From positions 10,294,001-10,358,000 of the forward strand of contig CM075994.1 of the NCBI GenBank assembly GCA_038087875.1: 64,000 nt of DNA, given 5' to 3'. The notes under the pieces are model-generated. The model searched no databases and was not told the origin of the DNA. It saw only the letters and a list, made by a program, of their open reading frames with translations. Shown here piece after piece: positions 52,331-63,840 of this stretch. How positions within the stretch are numbered: the stretch's first letter is position 1; every line of letters starts with the position of its first letter. The DNA is from Malacoraja senta. Lineage: Eukaryota. The position numbers and the translations under genes were made by a program.

Positions 52331-53139
52331 GCAGATCTGGGTCGCTTAGTCTACGCTTGGTCTCGACGATGTACAGGAGGGGGCCGAACCGAAGCATCAC
52401 CAATCCACATCCTCGTGAAATGCTGCCTGCTACGCCGTGTTCCAGCATTTTGTGTCTTATATTACACGGCATTTTGCATTTCTTGTAACTCACTGAATTG
52501 AGCTTTGTGTTTTATTTATTTCAGGATGAAGCTGGTCGGGAGAGCAGGTAGGACATGCTCTTGACTGAAACACTGTGTGGATGTGTAATATAACAAAAAT
52601 TACATGCTCAATTTATCACCATGTGTTTACTATTTGCAGTGCGAGTGTTGATACTGAATCGTTCTCAGTGACAGATGCTGCCCCGGCCTTTGAATCGTTC
52701 TATCACCCCTTTGTGTTTAGCACAATGATAAGAGAAATATCTGATGCCATTAAGAGGAGTAGCTTACAAACTGATGGTATGAATATAGAATACTCTCAAT
52801 TTTATCAACAAACGTAATCTTCCCCACCCCCTCCCCCCCCCCCCCCCCCGCCCACACACACACACACCTTCTACCCCCACACGCACACCTTCTACCCCCC
52901 ACACGCCCACACACACACACACCTTCTCCCTTCTTCCCCACTACCCACCATCTTTTCCTTGTACCTACCCTGGACTCCCCTCCAGCGCAACCTCCACAGA
53001 TATCTCTTCCTCTGGCTTCACGATTCTCACCCCATCTATCCTTATCTCGCACCTTTTCTCATTTCATCTCTGGCATTAATCCAACAATTGGCCTATCAAA
53101 ACAATCCCCTCGCTGGTGTCCGCCTCTCACTGGCGTTGG

Positions 53140-54105
53140 GTGGAGATGGAATCCCACCACTAGCCACGACTTCCCATCTCCACCCCTTTCCGCAGATCGT
53201 TCCCTCTGCAACTCCGTGGTTAACTCATCACCACTCTAACCCCCCCCCCCCCCCCCCTCCAGGTACTTTCCCCTGCAACTGCAGGAGATGCAACACCTGT
53301 CCCTATACCTCCTCCCTCCGACTCCGTCCAAAGACCCCAACAGTCTTTTGAGGTGAGGCAGAGATTCATTTGCCCCTCCTCCAACCTCATCTACTGTATC
53401 CACAGAATCAGGTGTGGACTCCTGTATATTGTGGAGTACTGATTGTGGATGAACAGCCATTATTAGTTTGAATGGCGGTGCTGGCTCGAAGGGCCAAATG
53501 GCCTACTCCTGCACCTATTGTCTATTGTCTATTGTCTATTGTCTATTGTCTATTGTCTATTGTCTATATGGCGAGACCAAGTGCAAGTTCGGCGATCGAT
53601 TCGCAGAAACACGTCCGCTCAGTCCGCCTAAATACGCCTGATCTCCCGGTTTCTAAACACATTAACTCTCCCTCCTATTCCCACACTGACATTTCTGTCC
53701 TGGGCCTTCTCCATTGTCAGTGTGAGGCCAAGCGCAAATTGGTGGCACAGCAGCTCATATTTCATTTGGGCAGCTTACACCCCAGCGGTATGAATATTGA
53801 CTTCTATAACTTTAAGTAACCCTTCTTTTCACTCTCTCCACATCCCTCCCCTTCACAGTTCTCCAACCAGTTTGACTGTCTACGATTACATTTGATCTCT
53901 GTTTGCTTTATTGTTACCTTCTCCCAGCTAACAATGATCTGTGCTACATTTTACTTGATCTCCATCCCCTTTGTCTTCTTTTCACACCGAACACTTCCTA
54001 ATATCGGTATCTCCCTCTCCCCTAACGTCGGTCTGAAGAAGGGTCTCGACGCAAAACGTCAGCCATTCCTTCTCTCCAGAGATGCTGCCTGTCCCGCTGA
54101 GTTAA
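53140..54105 (+). mobile_element. Penelope-like (Neptune-type) element: Cys-rich linker, GIY-YIG endonuclease, 3' UTR with degenerate hammerhead; tail continues at 59672-59795
   Basis: PGTFPCNCRRCNTCPY, then NLIYCIH..LLYI, then EHVRSVRLNTPDLPVSKHINS...GSLHPSGMNIDFYNFK. CTGAAGA motif at 54033. Interrupted by a CR1 3' end (~53436-53565, (tattgtc)n) and by the Harbinger. Confidence 0.82.
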
Positions 54106-54621
54106 AGGCCTGTCTCACGAATCTGCGGTCATTGGCGGCGAAACGGGAAGAATCTGCCGCCATAGACCGCGCACTCGTGAGAAAGAACAATTCCCGGGCC
54201 GTGCGACGGTGTTCCCAACACCGCGCGGTGCAAAAATAAAATCGACAATGTCGAAAACACTATACTCACCGCACAACCTCCACCAGTGATGCACAAGTGC
54301 GCACGGCCGCTCGCACGGCCCGCCGCCAGTATGGCTCGAGCGCCGTGCGTCAAGCCTCCACTGCCACAGCCTCCGCCAGTGAGGCACGTGCCGCCGCCAG
54401 TGACGCACGTGTGCTGCACGGCCGCAGGCACAGCCACCGCTGCAGCACCGCGATCTGGACAGCTGCCGCCACAGCCCATCAGATTCAAAATGACATCATC
54501 GCAGTCGGCCCGCCCTTTTACTTTGCTGTTCACGTCCAAACCACGCGAGATCTGAGACTTCAACAGTGTAGCATTTTTACCGCGTTTTTCAAACGGAGTA
54601 TTTTGACAGTTGACTAGCAAC

Positions 54622-56401
54622 ATGAGGAGAACAAGGAGTGTGAAGAGATCGCTGCAGGATAAAGTACAGAATATTAGTATGGGTGCTAATAAAATTCAGG
54701 TGCTGGAGGGTCCAGCCACTGGCCCTGCCCCTGCCCCTGCCCCTGCCCCTGTCCCTGCTTCATTACCTGTCCCATCTCCTGCCCCATCTCCTGCCTCAAC
54801 TGCTTCCACATCTGCTGCCCCATCTGCTTCTCCATCTGCTGGTCCATGTCCTACTCCAGCTTATGTCCCTGCATGGGTGTGGAACAGGTCTGGCTCACAG
54901 CCATATAATTTTTCCCGAGAGCAAGAGGGGGACCTGGTGGAATGGTATCAGTCCCACCATGAGCTGTACGATAAGACCAACCGTGATTTTAGGAACAGGG
55001 GTCTCCGTAACCTCATAATTGGAGAAAAGGCGAAGGAGTTCCCTGACTGCTCTTGTAAGTACATATCTTTCAGTTTATCTACATTTCTGTGTTTGTAATT
55101 GAAGTTCAAATTCATATTATAATTTGCTCAACACTTATCTTCATTTATGCTATCTTTTCACAGATGACCAACTGTGCCAATGGCTAAAGAGTCGGAGGAC
55201 ACGGTTCGGCAAAATATCACAAGGTCTTGGCAAGTCTGGCTCTGGCAGTAGGAAACTGACTGACAGAGACCAGTGGATATATGACAAATGGGGGTTCGTC
55301 CGGGACCACATTGTAAGAGTGCACACGAAGGAAAGTTGCAGGAAGGTGAGTAACTCAGAAAATTATGTGACAATAAATATTAGTTGGGAAGTCAGTACAA
55401 AACATTTTTAACAATGATAACTTGTTCACTTTCCCTGCTACGTCCGGATGGCCTTGCACATGTATGATACGCATTCACTTTCTTCTAGTGTACTGTGGGT
55501 GCATCAACGTGCGCGGACTCGAGTGAGGGTGAGCCTGATCCGCTAGAAGGACCTTCACATGGACCATCCGGGTCATGCACTGCGGTAGAACTGCAGCAGC
55601 ATGCAAGACGGAAGCGGGTCAGCACAACTGCGTCAGATAGCGAGGTGCCTGTCCAAACTCTGCAACGGGACATGTTCAGGGATGTAAGTGCTTTTGGATT
55701 ACCCATCATCAAATCTCTTTCACTCCGCCCTACTTCCACGTTTCTCCATCTCATCCCACAATATAATTATCATGATTGTACTCTCTTGTTGCAGATCATG
55801 GAACAGGCAAAGACAACGTCGGGCATGATCACCTCTTTCTCACAGCCAAGGACGTCCCATGAGAGAGTTGTGCATGCATATGCAATGTTCCTCAGGGAGG
55901 AGATGTTCTTAATCCCTGAGGAAAATTGGCAACGTTACAGCATGGAGGGATTGTCCTTGGCAAGGGCGCACAGACTTCCGCAGCCAGTAAAATATTTAAA
56001 TCAAAGTTCATTGAAATTAAAAAAGTTTTAATTTAATGCCGTCTATGATTCATTTACTATGGTTTTCTTTGTGTTGCAGAGTCCGATAAGGCATATGCCA
56101 TTAGTGCCACTGCAACAAACGAGGATGCCACCACAATATCCCCACCAGGTACACTGTGAAACATTTTTGAGTCTTCAGCCTGACTCATGATTTTCTCTAA
56201 CACACAGCTTGTGAAAGGTTGTGATTTGTTTTATATGATTTGTTTGGCACCGATACATATTGATACGCTTATGTGTTTTGCCCACAGGCAAGGATGGAAT
56301 ACCGTCCTGTGACATACCCTTGGATGGCAGCCCCCCCCCCCACTATGTCAGTGGACACACCCCACCGCAACATAGTTCATCACGTGGCATGGATAGGCTA
56401 G
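54622..56401 (+). CDS. Harbinger Myb/SANT-like (MADF) DNA-binding protein, spliced
   Basis: Predicted exons 54622-55054, 55164-55345, 55489-55683, 55795-55986, 56080-56148, 56288-56401 (GT-AG, in phase). MADF-like LVEWYQSHHELYDK...WLKSRRTRFGK...KSGSG...WIYDKWGF. The last exon's stop depends on the C11 run (alternative stop at 56484). Confidence 0.78.
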
Positions 56402-57089
56402 GGGAAGGCGGATTCCATGTACAATTTGAGGTTCCCGAAGATGGCACAAACTCCAGCACCGAAGACGCAGACTTATATAATTAATAAGAATGACATGTGC
56501 CGTAGGAGTGACGTTGCCCCCAAAATTCACTGTTGTGCCTGCTTGTGTGTTGCACATTACCGTTCAATTCACTGTTTTCTCACGACGTTATTTGTTTGCT
56601 TTCACTAATGAACAATGTTCTGTTGAATTGTGTTGCATATTTAAAAAGAATTGCTTGTTTTTCAATATGTTAATTGTTTCCAGTAAATAAACAGTTTAAA
56701 TTTAATATAGTATTGTGGAAAAAAGTGTCTGTTAATCGCGGCGTAGATCTCATATGGAAACAACCTGAAATGATGGAATGCATCTCACATACAAAATCAT
56801 TGATTTATTAGAGAAATAAAACACAAACAGGCATAGAATAGCATTGAATTACAAAAAAATTTCATTATAAGCCATGAAAATAATACAATGGCATTTAAGC
56901 CCTTTCAAGATCAGGCAACTTTAAAATAGGTGATGTAGGTGGTACTATTAACACAGATTCAATAATTTCGCTATGTAAAACCATCCATCAACATACATAG
57001 ATCGCACTTTTGTAAGATCTGGGGCCTTCATGATCGGGTACCTCTGCCGTGAAAACACAACCCTGACATCCCCTGTTTGCTTTTGATCC

Positions 57090-58378
57090 TCAAAACACAT
57101 TGTCCTGCCAGGGTACACTGCCTCGCTCTGAGTTGTAGTACGCACAGAGATGGTCCCTCATCTCCTTTGCTCTTCTGTTGCTGGTGTTTCCTTGCAATGA
57201 CCCTAGTGCCATCATCGGTCTTGCAGCTCTCCATGAACCTGGTGTGACTTCACCTGTCTGTTTGTCCATCGTGTCACCCTCCACCAAGGCTGCAGACGCA
57301 CCTCTGGTGCGGATCAGGTTATGGAGGACACATGCCGCATAGACAATGGCCTGCACATTCTCGGGCTCCTGCTCCATTGTTGTAAGCAGGCATCTGAATC
57401 TGCTAGCAAGGATACCAAAAGCATTCTCCACTACCCTCCTAGCCCTGGACAGCCTGTAATTGAAGATCCTTTGCTCCCTTGACACCCCCCTGTGAGGGTA
57501 TGGCTTCATCATCCATGGCCTGAGTGCAAAGGCATCATCACCAACCAGTGCGTAGGGGATGTCAGGGTTGTCTTCTCCAGGCAGAGGTTCTGGATCCGGA
57601 AGGCCTGCTCTCCCTTCTTCCAATGCTTGCCCAAGGGAGGTCTCTCTCCAGATCCCTCCATCTGCGGCACTGCCAGGTGTGCCCACATTCACAAACATGA
57701 AGTTGTAGTTTGCATCTACCACAGCTAACAGCACGATGGAATGGAACTTCTTGTAGTTAAAGTACACAGAACCTCCCCCGGGTGGACACCGGATGGCCAC
57801 ATGCTTCCCGTCAACAGCCCACATGTGTGCAGGAAGTTCCATCTGCTTTGAAAGCCGTGCGCCACACTCCTCCACCCGTCTGGTGTAGTTGGGCAGTCAA
57901 TAAGCTCATCATATGTTTTGTTGATGGCATCACACGTGTCTCGGACTACACCGCTGATGGTGTTGTGAGCCACACGGAAGTTATACGACAGGCTCTTGTA
58001 GAAATCCCCTGATGCAAGGTAGCGGAGGGTGATGGCTAGGCGCAGGCCTGGTTCTAGTGACTTCCGCATGACGGTGTCCATTTTCTGCAGTAGAGGTCCG
58101 ACTCGTGTCTTGAGCTCCTGAAACAGGTCAGGCGGGATCCTGGTGAAATTTCTAAAGGCAGCATCATCTACCCGCTGCAGATCCGTCATCATGGTCTCAT
58201 ACTGGCCCAAAGTAGGTCTCATCAGGAACAAAGGCCTCATCCACACAGACCTCTTCCTGGGCTTCTTCTTCATAACCTTCTTTGTTGAACTGCTGCACGG
58301 ATGACCTGCAACCATGATGGCTGCTGCTAGGAGAAGATTATGTTGGTGTAGCAGCAATGCAATGTCAATGTCTTCCAT
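57090..58378 (-). CDS. Harbinger DDE transposase (HARBI1-like, DDE_Tnp_4) with a single 1-bp frameshift
   Basis: N-part FRNFTRI...LAITLRYLASG...HNTIS; C-part AVDGKH, YFNYKKFHSIVL, GDDAF, FNYRLSRARRVVENAFGIL. The frame break is at ccc 57818-57820 (one G missing from HTCGAVDG). Confidence 0.9.
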
Positions 58379-58671
58379 TGTGCAGTAGTTTACAGGTCCT
58401 AATCGAGTTTGCTGCAAGATTAAGAGAGAATAAGTGTGAATATTCCGAAAAATTTTACGTGTCGAGAGTTGACAGGTCTTTGTGGGCCAAAGGACCTGTT
58501 CCTGTGTTATACTGTTCTATGTTCATGGTCTCTCTAAGAAAATGGTTCTCAGATTTACAAACTCCATGCAGACAACCACGAGTGACCACTGATTTATTTT
58601 TGTATATACATCATCCTATTGTTATTACTAACTTTGTTATTGCTGGTCTACAATTGTTAGACCCTAACCCC

Positions 58672-59400
58672 CTTTATAAAATTGACTTTTATAAAACACA
58701 TTTCTATAACACATGTTGTTTTAAGAACAAAAAATAGCCAGCGACTTCTGTTTACCTGAAATAAAGATGGCGTCAGGCTCGAGCTTTCCAGACTCTGCTC
58801 CAAATGGCGTCAGGCTCGAGCTTGACTCCTCTCAAAATGGACGTCCCCCTCCCTCCTTCCCTCCAAATATGCTTATTTCCTTAAGAATGTAAACATGTTC
58901 TACTCAACTGATGAAGTAAAGATCTTTTGGGCAATTCTAAAGCTAACTATAAGGCCTGTCTCACGAGTCTGTGGTCATTTATAAAATAGACTTTTATAAA
59001 ACTCATTCCTTTACTTTTTGTTTACCTGAAATTAAGATGGCGTCAGGCTCGAGCTTTCCATACTCTGCTCCAAATGGCGTCAGGCTCGAGCTTGACTCCT
59101 CTCAAAATGGACGTCCCCCTCCCTCCTTCCCTCCAAATATGCTTATTTTCTTAAGAGTGGAAACATGTTCTACTCAACTGATGAAATAAAGATCTTTTGG
59201 GCAATTCTAAAGCTAACTATAAGGCCTGTCTCACGAGTCTGTGGTCATTTATAAAATAGACTTTTATAAAACACATTCCTTTACTTTTTGTTTACCTGAA
59301 ATAAAGATGGCGTCAGGCTCGAGATTTCCAGACTCTGCTCCAAATCGCGTCAGGCTCGAGCTTGAAAAAAAAATGGACGTTCCCCTCCCTCCGTCCCTCC
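58672..59400 (+). repeat. 270-bp tandem repeat (~2.6 copies) inside the Harbinger, with internal copies of the left TIR
   Basis: aggcctgtctcacgagtctgtggtcatt at 58952 and 59222; repeated aagatggcgtcaggctcgag. Confidence 0.88.
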
Positions 59401-59836
59401 CGTCAAAGTCCGGGATCGCATGCTCGTTCGACAGGCCGTGCGATGATCACCCGACGTACGTGCAACAAAAGCTTCTGGTAAATCAACATTTTTTTTAACC
59501 TACCGCAAGCACGTGGGACCCGCCCTATTTGATTCACTCGGCCCCCGCGCAGCATCCGCGCGATGCTCCGGTGGATAGGCTCGACGCTCTCGCCGTTGCC
59601 GCGCGGTCCTCGCTACCGTCTACACCGCGCTTCACCGCCGATGACCGCAAACAGGTAAGACACGGCCTTAACTCAAGCATTTTGTGTCAACCTTTGAAAC
59701 AAAATTTATCCATGTTCTGCAAAGATGCTGACTGAGCCTCTGTTAATAACTTCAGAACATTCTGTCTCTTTAGTAAACTAGCATCTGCAATTCATTCTGT
59801 TAAATAAAACGGACATAGATTTATTTCTCCTCATTT

Positions 59837-61700
59837 AGAAACATAGAAACATAGAAAATAGGTGCAGGAGTAGGCCATTCGGCCCTTCGAGTATGCACCG
59901 CCATTCAATATGATCATGGCTGATCATCGAACTCAGTATCCTGTACCTGCTTTCTCTCCATACCCCCTGATCCCTTTAGCCACAAGGGCCACATCTAACT
60001 CCCTCTTAAATATAGCCAATGAACTGGCCTCAACTACATTCTGTGGCAGAGAATTCCAGAGATTCACCACTCTCTGTGTAAAAAATGTTTTTCTCATCTC
60101 AGTCCTAAAAGAATTCCCCTTTATCCTTAAACTGTGACCCCTTGTTCTGGACTTCCCCAACATCGGGAACAATCTTCCTGCATCTAGCCTGTCCAACCCC
60201 TTAAGAACTTTGTAAGTTTCTATAAGTTCCCCCCTCAATCTTCTAAATTCTAGCGATAACAAGCCGAGTCTATCCAGTCTTTCTTCATATGAAAGTCCTG
60301 ACATCCCAGGAATCAGTCTGGCGAACCTTCTCTGTACTCCCTCAATGGCAAGATTGTCCTTCCTCAGATTAGGAGACCAAAACTGTACGCAATACTCCAG
60401 GTGTGGTCTCCCCAATACCCTGTACAACTGCAGTAGAACCTCCTTGCTCCTATACTCAAATCCTTTTACTATGAATGCTAACATACCATTCGCTTTCTTC
60501 ACTGCCTGCTGTACCTGCATGTCTACTTTCAATGACTGGTGTACAATGACACCCAGGTCTCGTTGCATCTCCCCTTTTCCTGATCGGCCACCATTCAGGT
60601 AATAGTCTACTTCCATGTTTTTGCCACCAAAGTGGATGACCTCACATTTATCCACATTATACTGCATCTGCCATGCATTTGCCCACTCACCCAGCCTATC
60701 CAAGTCATCTTGCAGCCTCCTAGCACCCTCCTCACAGCTAACACTGCCCCCCAGCTTCGTGTCATCCGCAAACTTGGAGATGTTGCATTCAATTCCCTCG
60801 TCCAAATCATTAATATATATTGTAAATAGCTGGGGTCCCAGCACTGAGCCTTGCGGTACCCCACTAGTCACTGCCTGCCATTCTGAAAAGGACCCGTTTG
60901 CTCCTACACTTTGTTTCCTGTCTGCCAGTCAGTTCTCTATCCACATCAATACTGAACCCCCAATACCGTGTGCTTTAAGTTTCTATATTAATCTCTTATG
61001 TGGGACCTTGTCAAAAGCCTTCTGAAAGTCCAGATATAACACATCCACTGTTTCTCCCTTATCCACTCTACTAGGTTCATCTTCGAGAAATTCTATAAGA
61101 TTCATCAGACATGATCTACCTTGCATAAATCCATGCTGACTTTGTCCAATGATTTCACCATTTTCCAAATGTGCTTCTATCCCATCTTTAATAACTGACT
61201 CTAGCAGTTCCCCACTACCGATGTTAGACTAACTGGTCTGTAATTCATCGTTTTCTCTCTCCCTCCCTTTTTAAAAAGTGGGGTTACATATGCTACCCTC
61301 CAATCCTCAGGAACTACTCCAGAATCTAAAGAGTTTTGAAAAATTTCACTAATGCATCCACTGTTTCTGGGGCTACTTCCTTAAGTACTCTGGGATGCAG
61401 CCTATCTGGCCCTGGGCATTTATCGGCCTTTAATCCATTCAATTTACCTAACACCACTTCCCGGCTAACCTGGATTTCACTCAGTTCCTCCATCTCATTT
61501 GACCCCCGGTCCCCAGCTATTTCCAGCAGATTAATTAAGTCTTCCTTAGTGAAGACAGAACCAAAGTAGTTATTCAAATGGTCTGCCATGTCCTGGTTCC
61601 CCATGAACAATTCACCTGTTTCTGACTGCAAGGGACCTACATTTGTTTTAACTAATCTTTTTCTCTTCACATATCTATAAAAACTTTGCAGTCAGTTTTT
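59837..61700 (-). mobile_element. CR1-type LINE, 5'-truncated
   Basis: ORFs 59933-60871 (FADD), 60983-61168 and 61326-61670; (tatgtttc)n tail. Confidence 0.93.
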
Positions 61701-61989
61701 ATCAGACACATCTGAGTAACATGTAGATGCAGAGCTTGTGGGTAATTATGGGCTGAGGGGGAATTGTCGTTTTATTCCAGTAGCGAATGCAGCTGCCGGG
61801 AAGGTTCACTTTCACACTGTCAGCTGGAGATGGGAGATCCCTGAACACAACCGGCAGGCACACCCCTCCCTCTGTCTCACCCGCCTCTCAAGAAAACAGG
61901 AGCACGTCACCTGGCCCCTCATGTCTGCCCTCGTTCAGTATAATCAAAGCAACTCCATCACAACTCAACCTCCTCTTTAACCACTTCTA

Positions 61990-62790
61990 GAGTCAGTTAT
62001 TAAAGATGGGATAGCAGCACATTTGGAAAGTGGTGAAATCATTGGACCAAGTCAGCATGGATTTACGAAAGGTAAATCATGTCTGACGAATCTTATAGAA
62101 TTTTTCGAGGATGTAACTAGTAGAGTGGATAAGGGAGAACCAGTGGATGTGTTATATCTAGAATTTCAGAAGGCTTTCGACAAGGTCCCACATAAGAGAT
62201 TAGTATACAAACTTAAAGCACACGGTATTGGGGGTTCAGTATTGATGTGGATAGAGAACTGGCTGGCAGACAGGAAGCAAAGCATAGGAGTAAATGGGTC
62301 CTTTTCAGAAAGGCAGGCAGTGACTAGTGGGGTACCGCAAGGCTCAGAGCTGGGACCCCAGCTATTTACATTATATATTAATGACCTGGATGAGGGAATT
62401 GAATGTAACATCTCCAAGTTTGCAGATGACACAAACCTGGGGGGCAGTGTTAGATGTGAGGTGGATGCTAGGAGGAAGACCAGGACAAGGGGTCACAGTT
62501 TAAGGATAAAGGGGAAATCCTTTGGGACCGAGATGAGAAAAACATTTTTCACACAGAGAGTGGTGAATCTCTGGAACTATCTGCCACAGAAGGTAGTTGA
62601 GGCCAGTTCATTGGCTATATTTAAGAGGGAGTTAGATGTGGGCCTTGTGGCTAAAGGGATCAGGAGGTATGGAGAGAAGGCAGGTACAGGATACTGAGGG
62701 ATGCTCAGCCATGATCATATTGAATGGCGGTGCAGGCTCGAAGGGCCGAATTGCCTGCTCCTGCACCTATTTTCTATGTTTCTATGTTTC
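61990..62790 (+). mobile_element. CR1-type LINE, 5'-truncated and internally deleted, inside copy 4 intron 5
   Basis: ORF 62023-62697 jumps from EVDARR to [12 protein letters not shown] intron-5-like sequence lies on both sides. Confidence 0.9.
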
Positions 62791-62887
62791 TAATTACCAT
62801 TCGCATCAATCTCCTCTTCCAACAATCTCCCGCCACCCCCCCCCCTCCCACCACCACCATTCGGTCCTTCGAGCCAGCACCGCCATT

Positions 62888-63117
62888 CTCACAGCGTCAT
62901 ACCGATAGAAGAAGCTGTTGAAATCTACAAGGTAAAAGCAAACCGATATTGATCATATCATTGTGTCATGTTTTGTTTATTTTCTAACATTTATCTTCTC
63001 TGATCTGAAACCCAACTCCAGGATCAGGTGAAATCTTCTTTCGAATCTCTCACAAAAAAGGAATCAGAGATCGAGAAAATAGAGCAGCAACAGAAAGAGA
63101 GCATTTCAGGAGTTCAG
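62888..63117 (+). pseudogene. TRIM copy 5 fragment: end of exon 1 plus exon 2; continues beyond window
   Basis: ..HSVIPIEEAVEIYK|gtaaaa ending at 62931; 96-bp exon 63022-63117 ([32 protein letters not shown]). RING and most of the B-box are absent. Confidence 0.85.
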
Positions 63118-63569
63118 GTGAGGCTTTGTACTATTGCTTTGATGTTTATTGTATAGATTTGATGCCTGCGATGGCTGTAATAAGTGGGCACCTCTATAGA
63201 GCTCAGTAGTCGAGGACCCGAGATCTTGGGAGCGATTGAGCAGCCAAGGACTTTACTCACTGGAGCGCGGGAGTCTGAAGAATGTTCTGTTGCAGGTGTA
63301 TAATATCACAAAACGAAATGTTAGGGTGAATACTCAGTCTTTTACCCTGAGAAAGGCGTCGAGCATGCAAGGGCATAGGTTTAAGGTGAGAGGGTACAGA
63401 TTTAATGCGAACATTAAGGGCAACTTTGGTATATGGAATGAGCTGCCAGGGGAGGTAGTTGATTCAGGAACCATAACAATAACGAAAAGATATTTGAACA
63501 AATTCGTGGAGAGAAAATTTTAGAACCAGGTGGGCCAAATGCGAACAGGTGGAAATAGCACACATGGGG

Positions 63570-63840
63570 CAATGGACAATAGACAATAGGTGCAGGATAG
63601 GCCATTTGGCCCCTCGAGCCAGCACCGCTATTCAATGTGATCATGGCTGATCTTCCCCAATCAGTACCCCGTTCCTGCCTTCTCCCCATATCCCCTGACT
63701 CCGCTATCTTTAAGAGCCCTATCTAGCTCTCTCTTGAAAGCGTCCAGAGAACCTGCCTCCACCGACGTCTGTGGCAGAGTATTCCACAGACTCACAACTT
63801 TCTGTGAGAAAAGTGTTTCCTCGTCTCCGTTCTAAATGAC
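63570..63840 (-). mobile_element. CR1 3' fragment in intron 2 of copy 5
   Basis: CR1 3' UTR and tail, at the same intron position as the CR1 in copy 4. Confidence 0.85.

Larger units (their letters stand above)
46802..52758 (+). pseudogene. TRIM copy 4: exon 1 disrupted by a net 185-bp insertion, PRY/SPRY exon missing
   Basis: Exons 46802-47397 (411+185), 47488-47583, 50546-50779, 52525-52547, 52640-52758. In-frame TAG at 47180-47182. No B30.2 exon before window end. Confidence 0.88.
54106..59668. mobile_element. PIF/Harbinger DNA transposon, full length (5563 bp)
   Basis: Imperfect ~38-bp TIRs (aggcctgtctcacgaatctgcggtcattggcggcgaa versus reverse complement aggccgtgtcttacctgtttgcggtcatcggcggtgaa). 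TAA at 54103-54105 and 59669-59671. Two convergent genes. Confidence 0.92.

Noticed and set aside
57090..58378. Domesticated host gene HARBI1
   Set aside because: It is flanked by TIRs and a TSD, paired with a Myb-like gene and frameshifted, so it is a transposon copy.
58672..59400. CRISPR-like repeat array
   Set aside because: The whole 270-bp unit is repeated with no unique spacers, and the context is eukaryotic.
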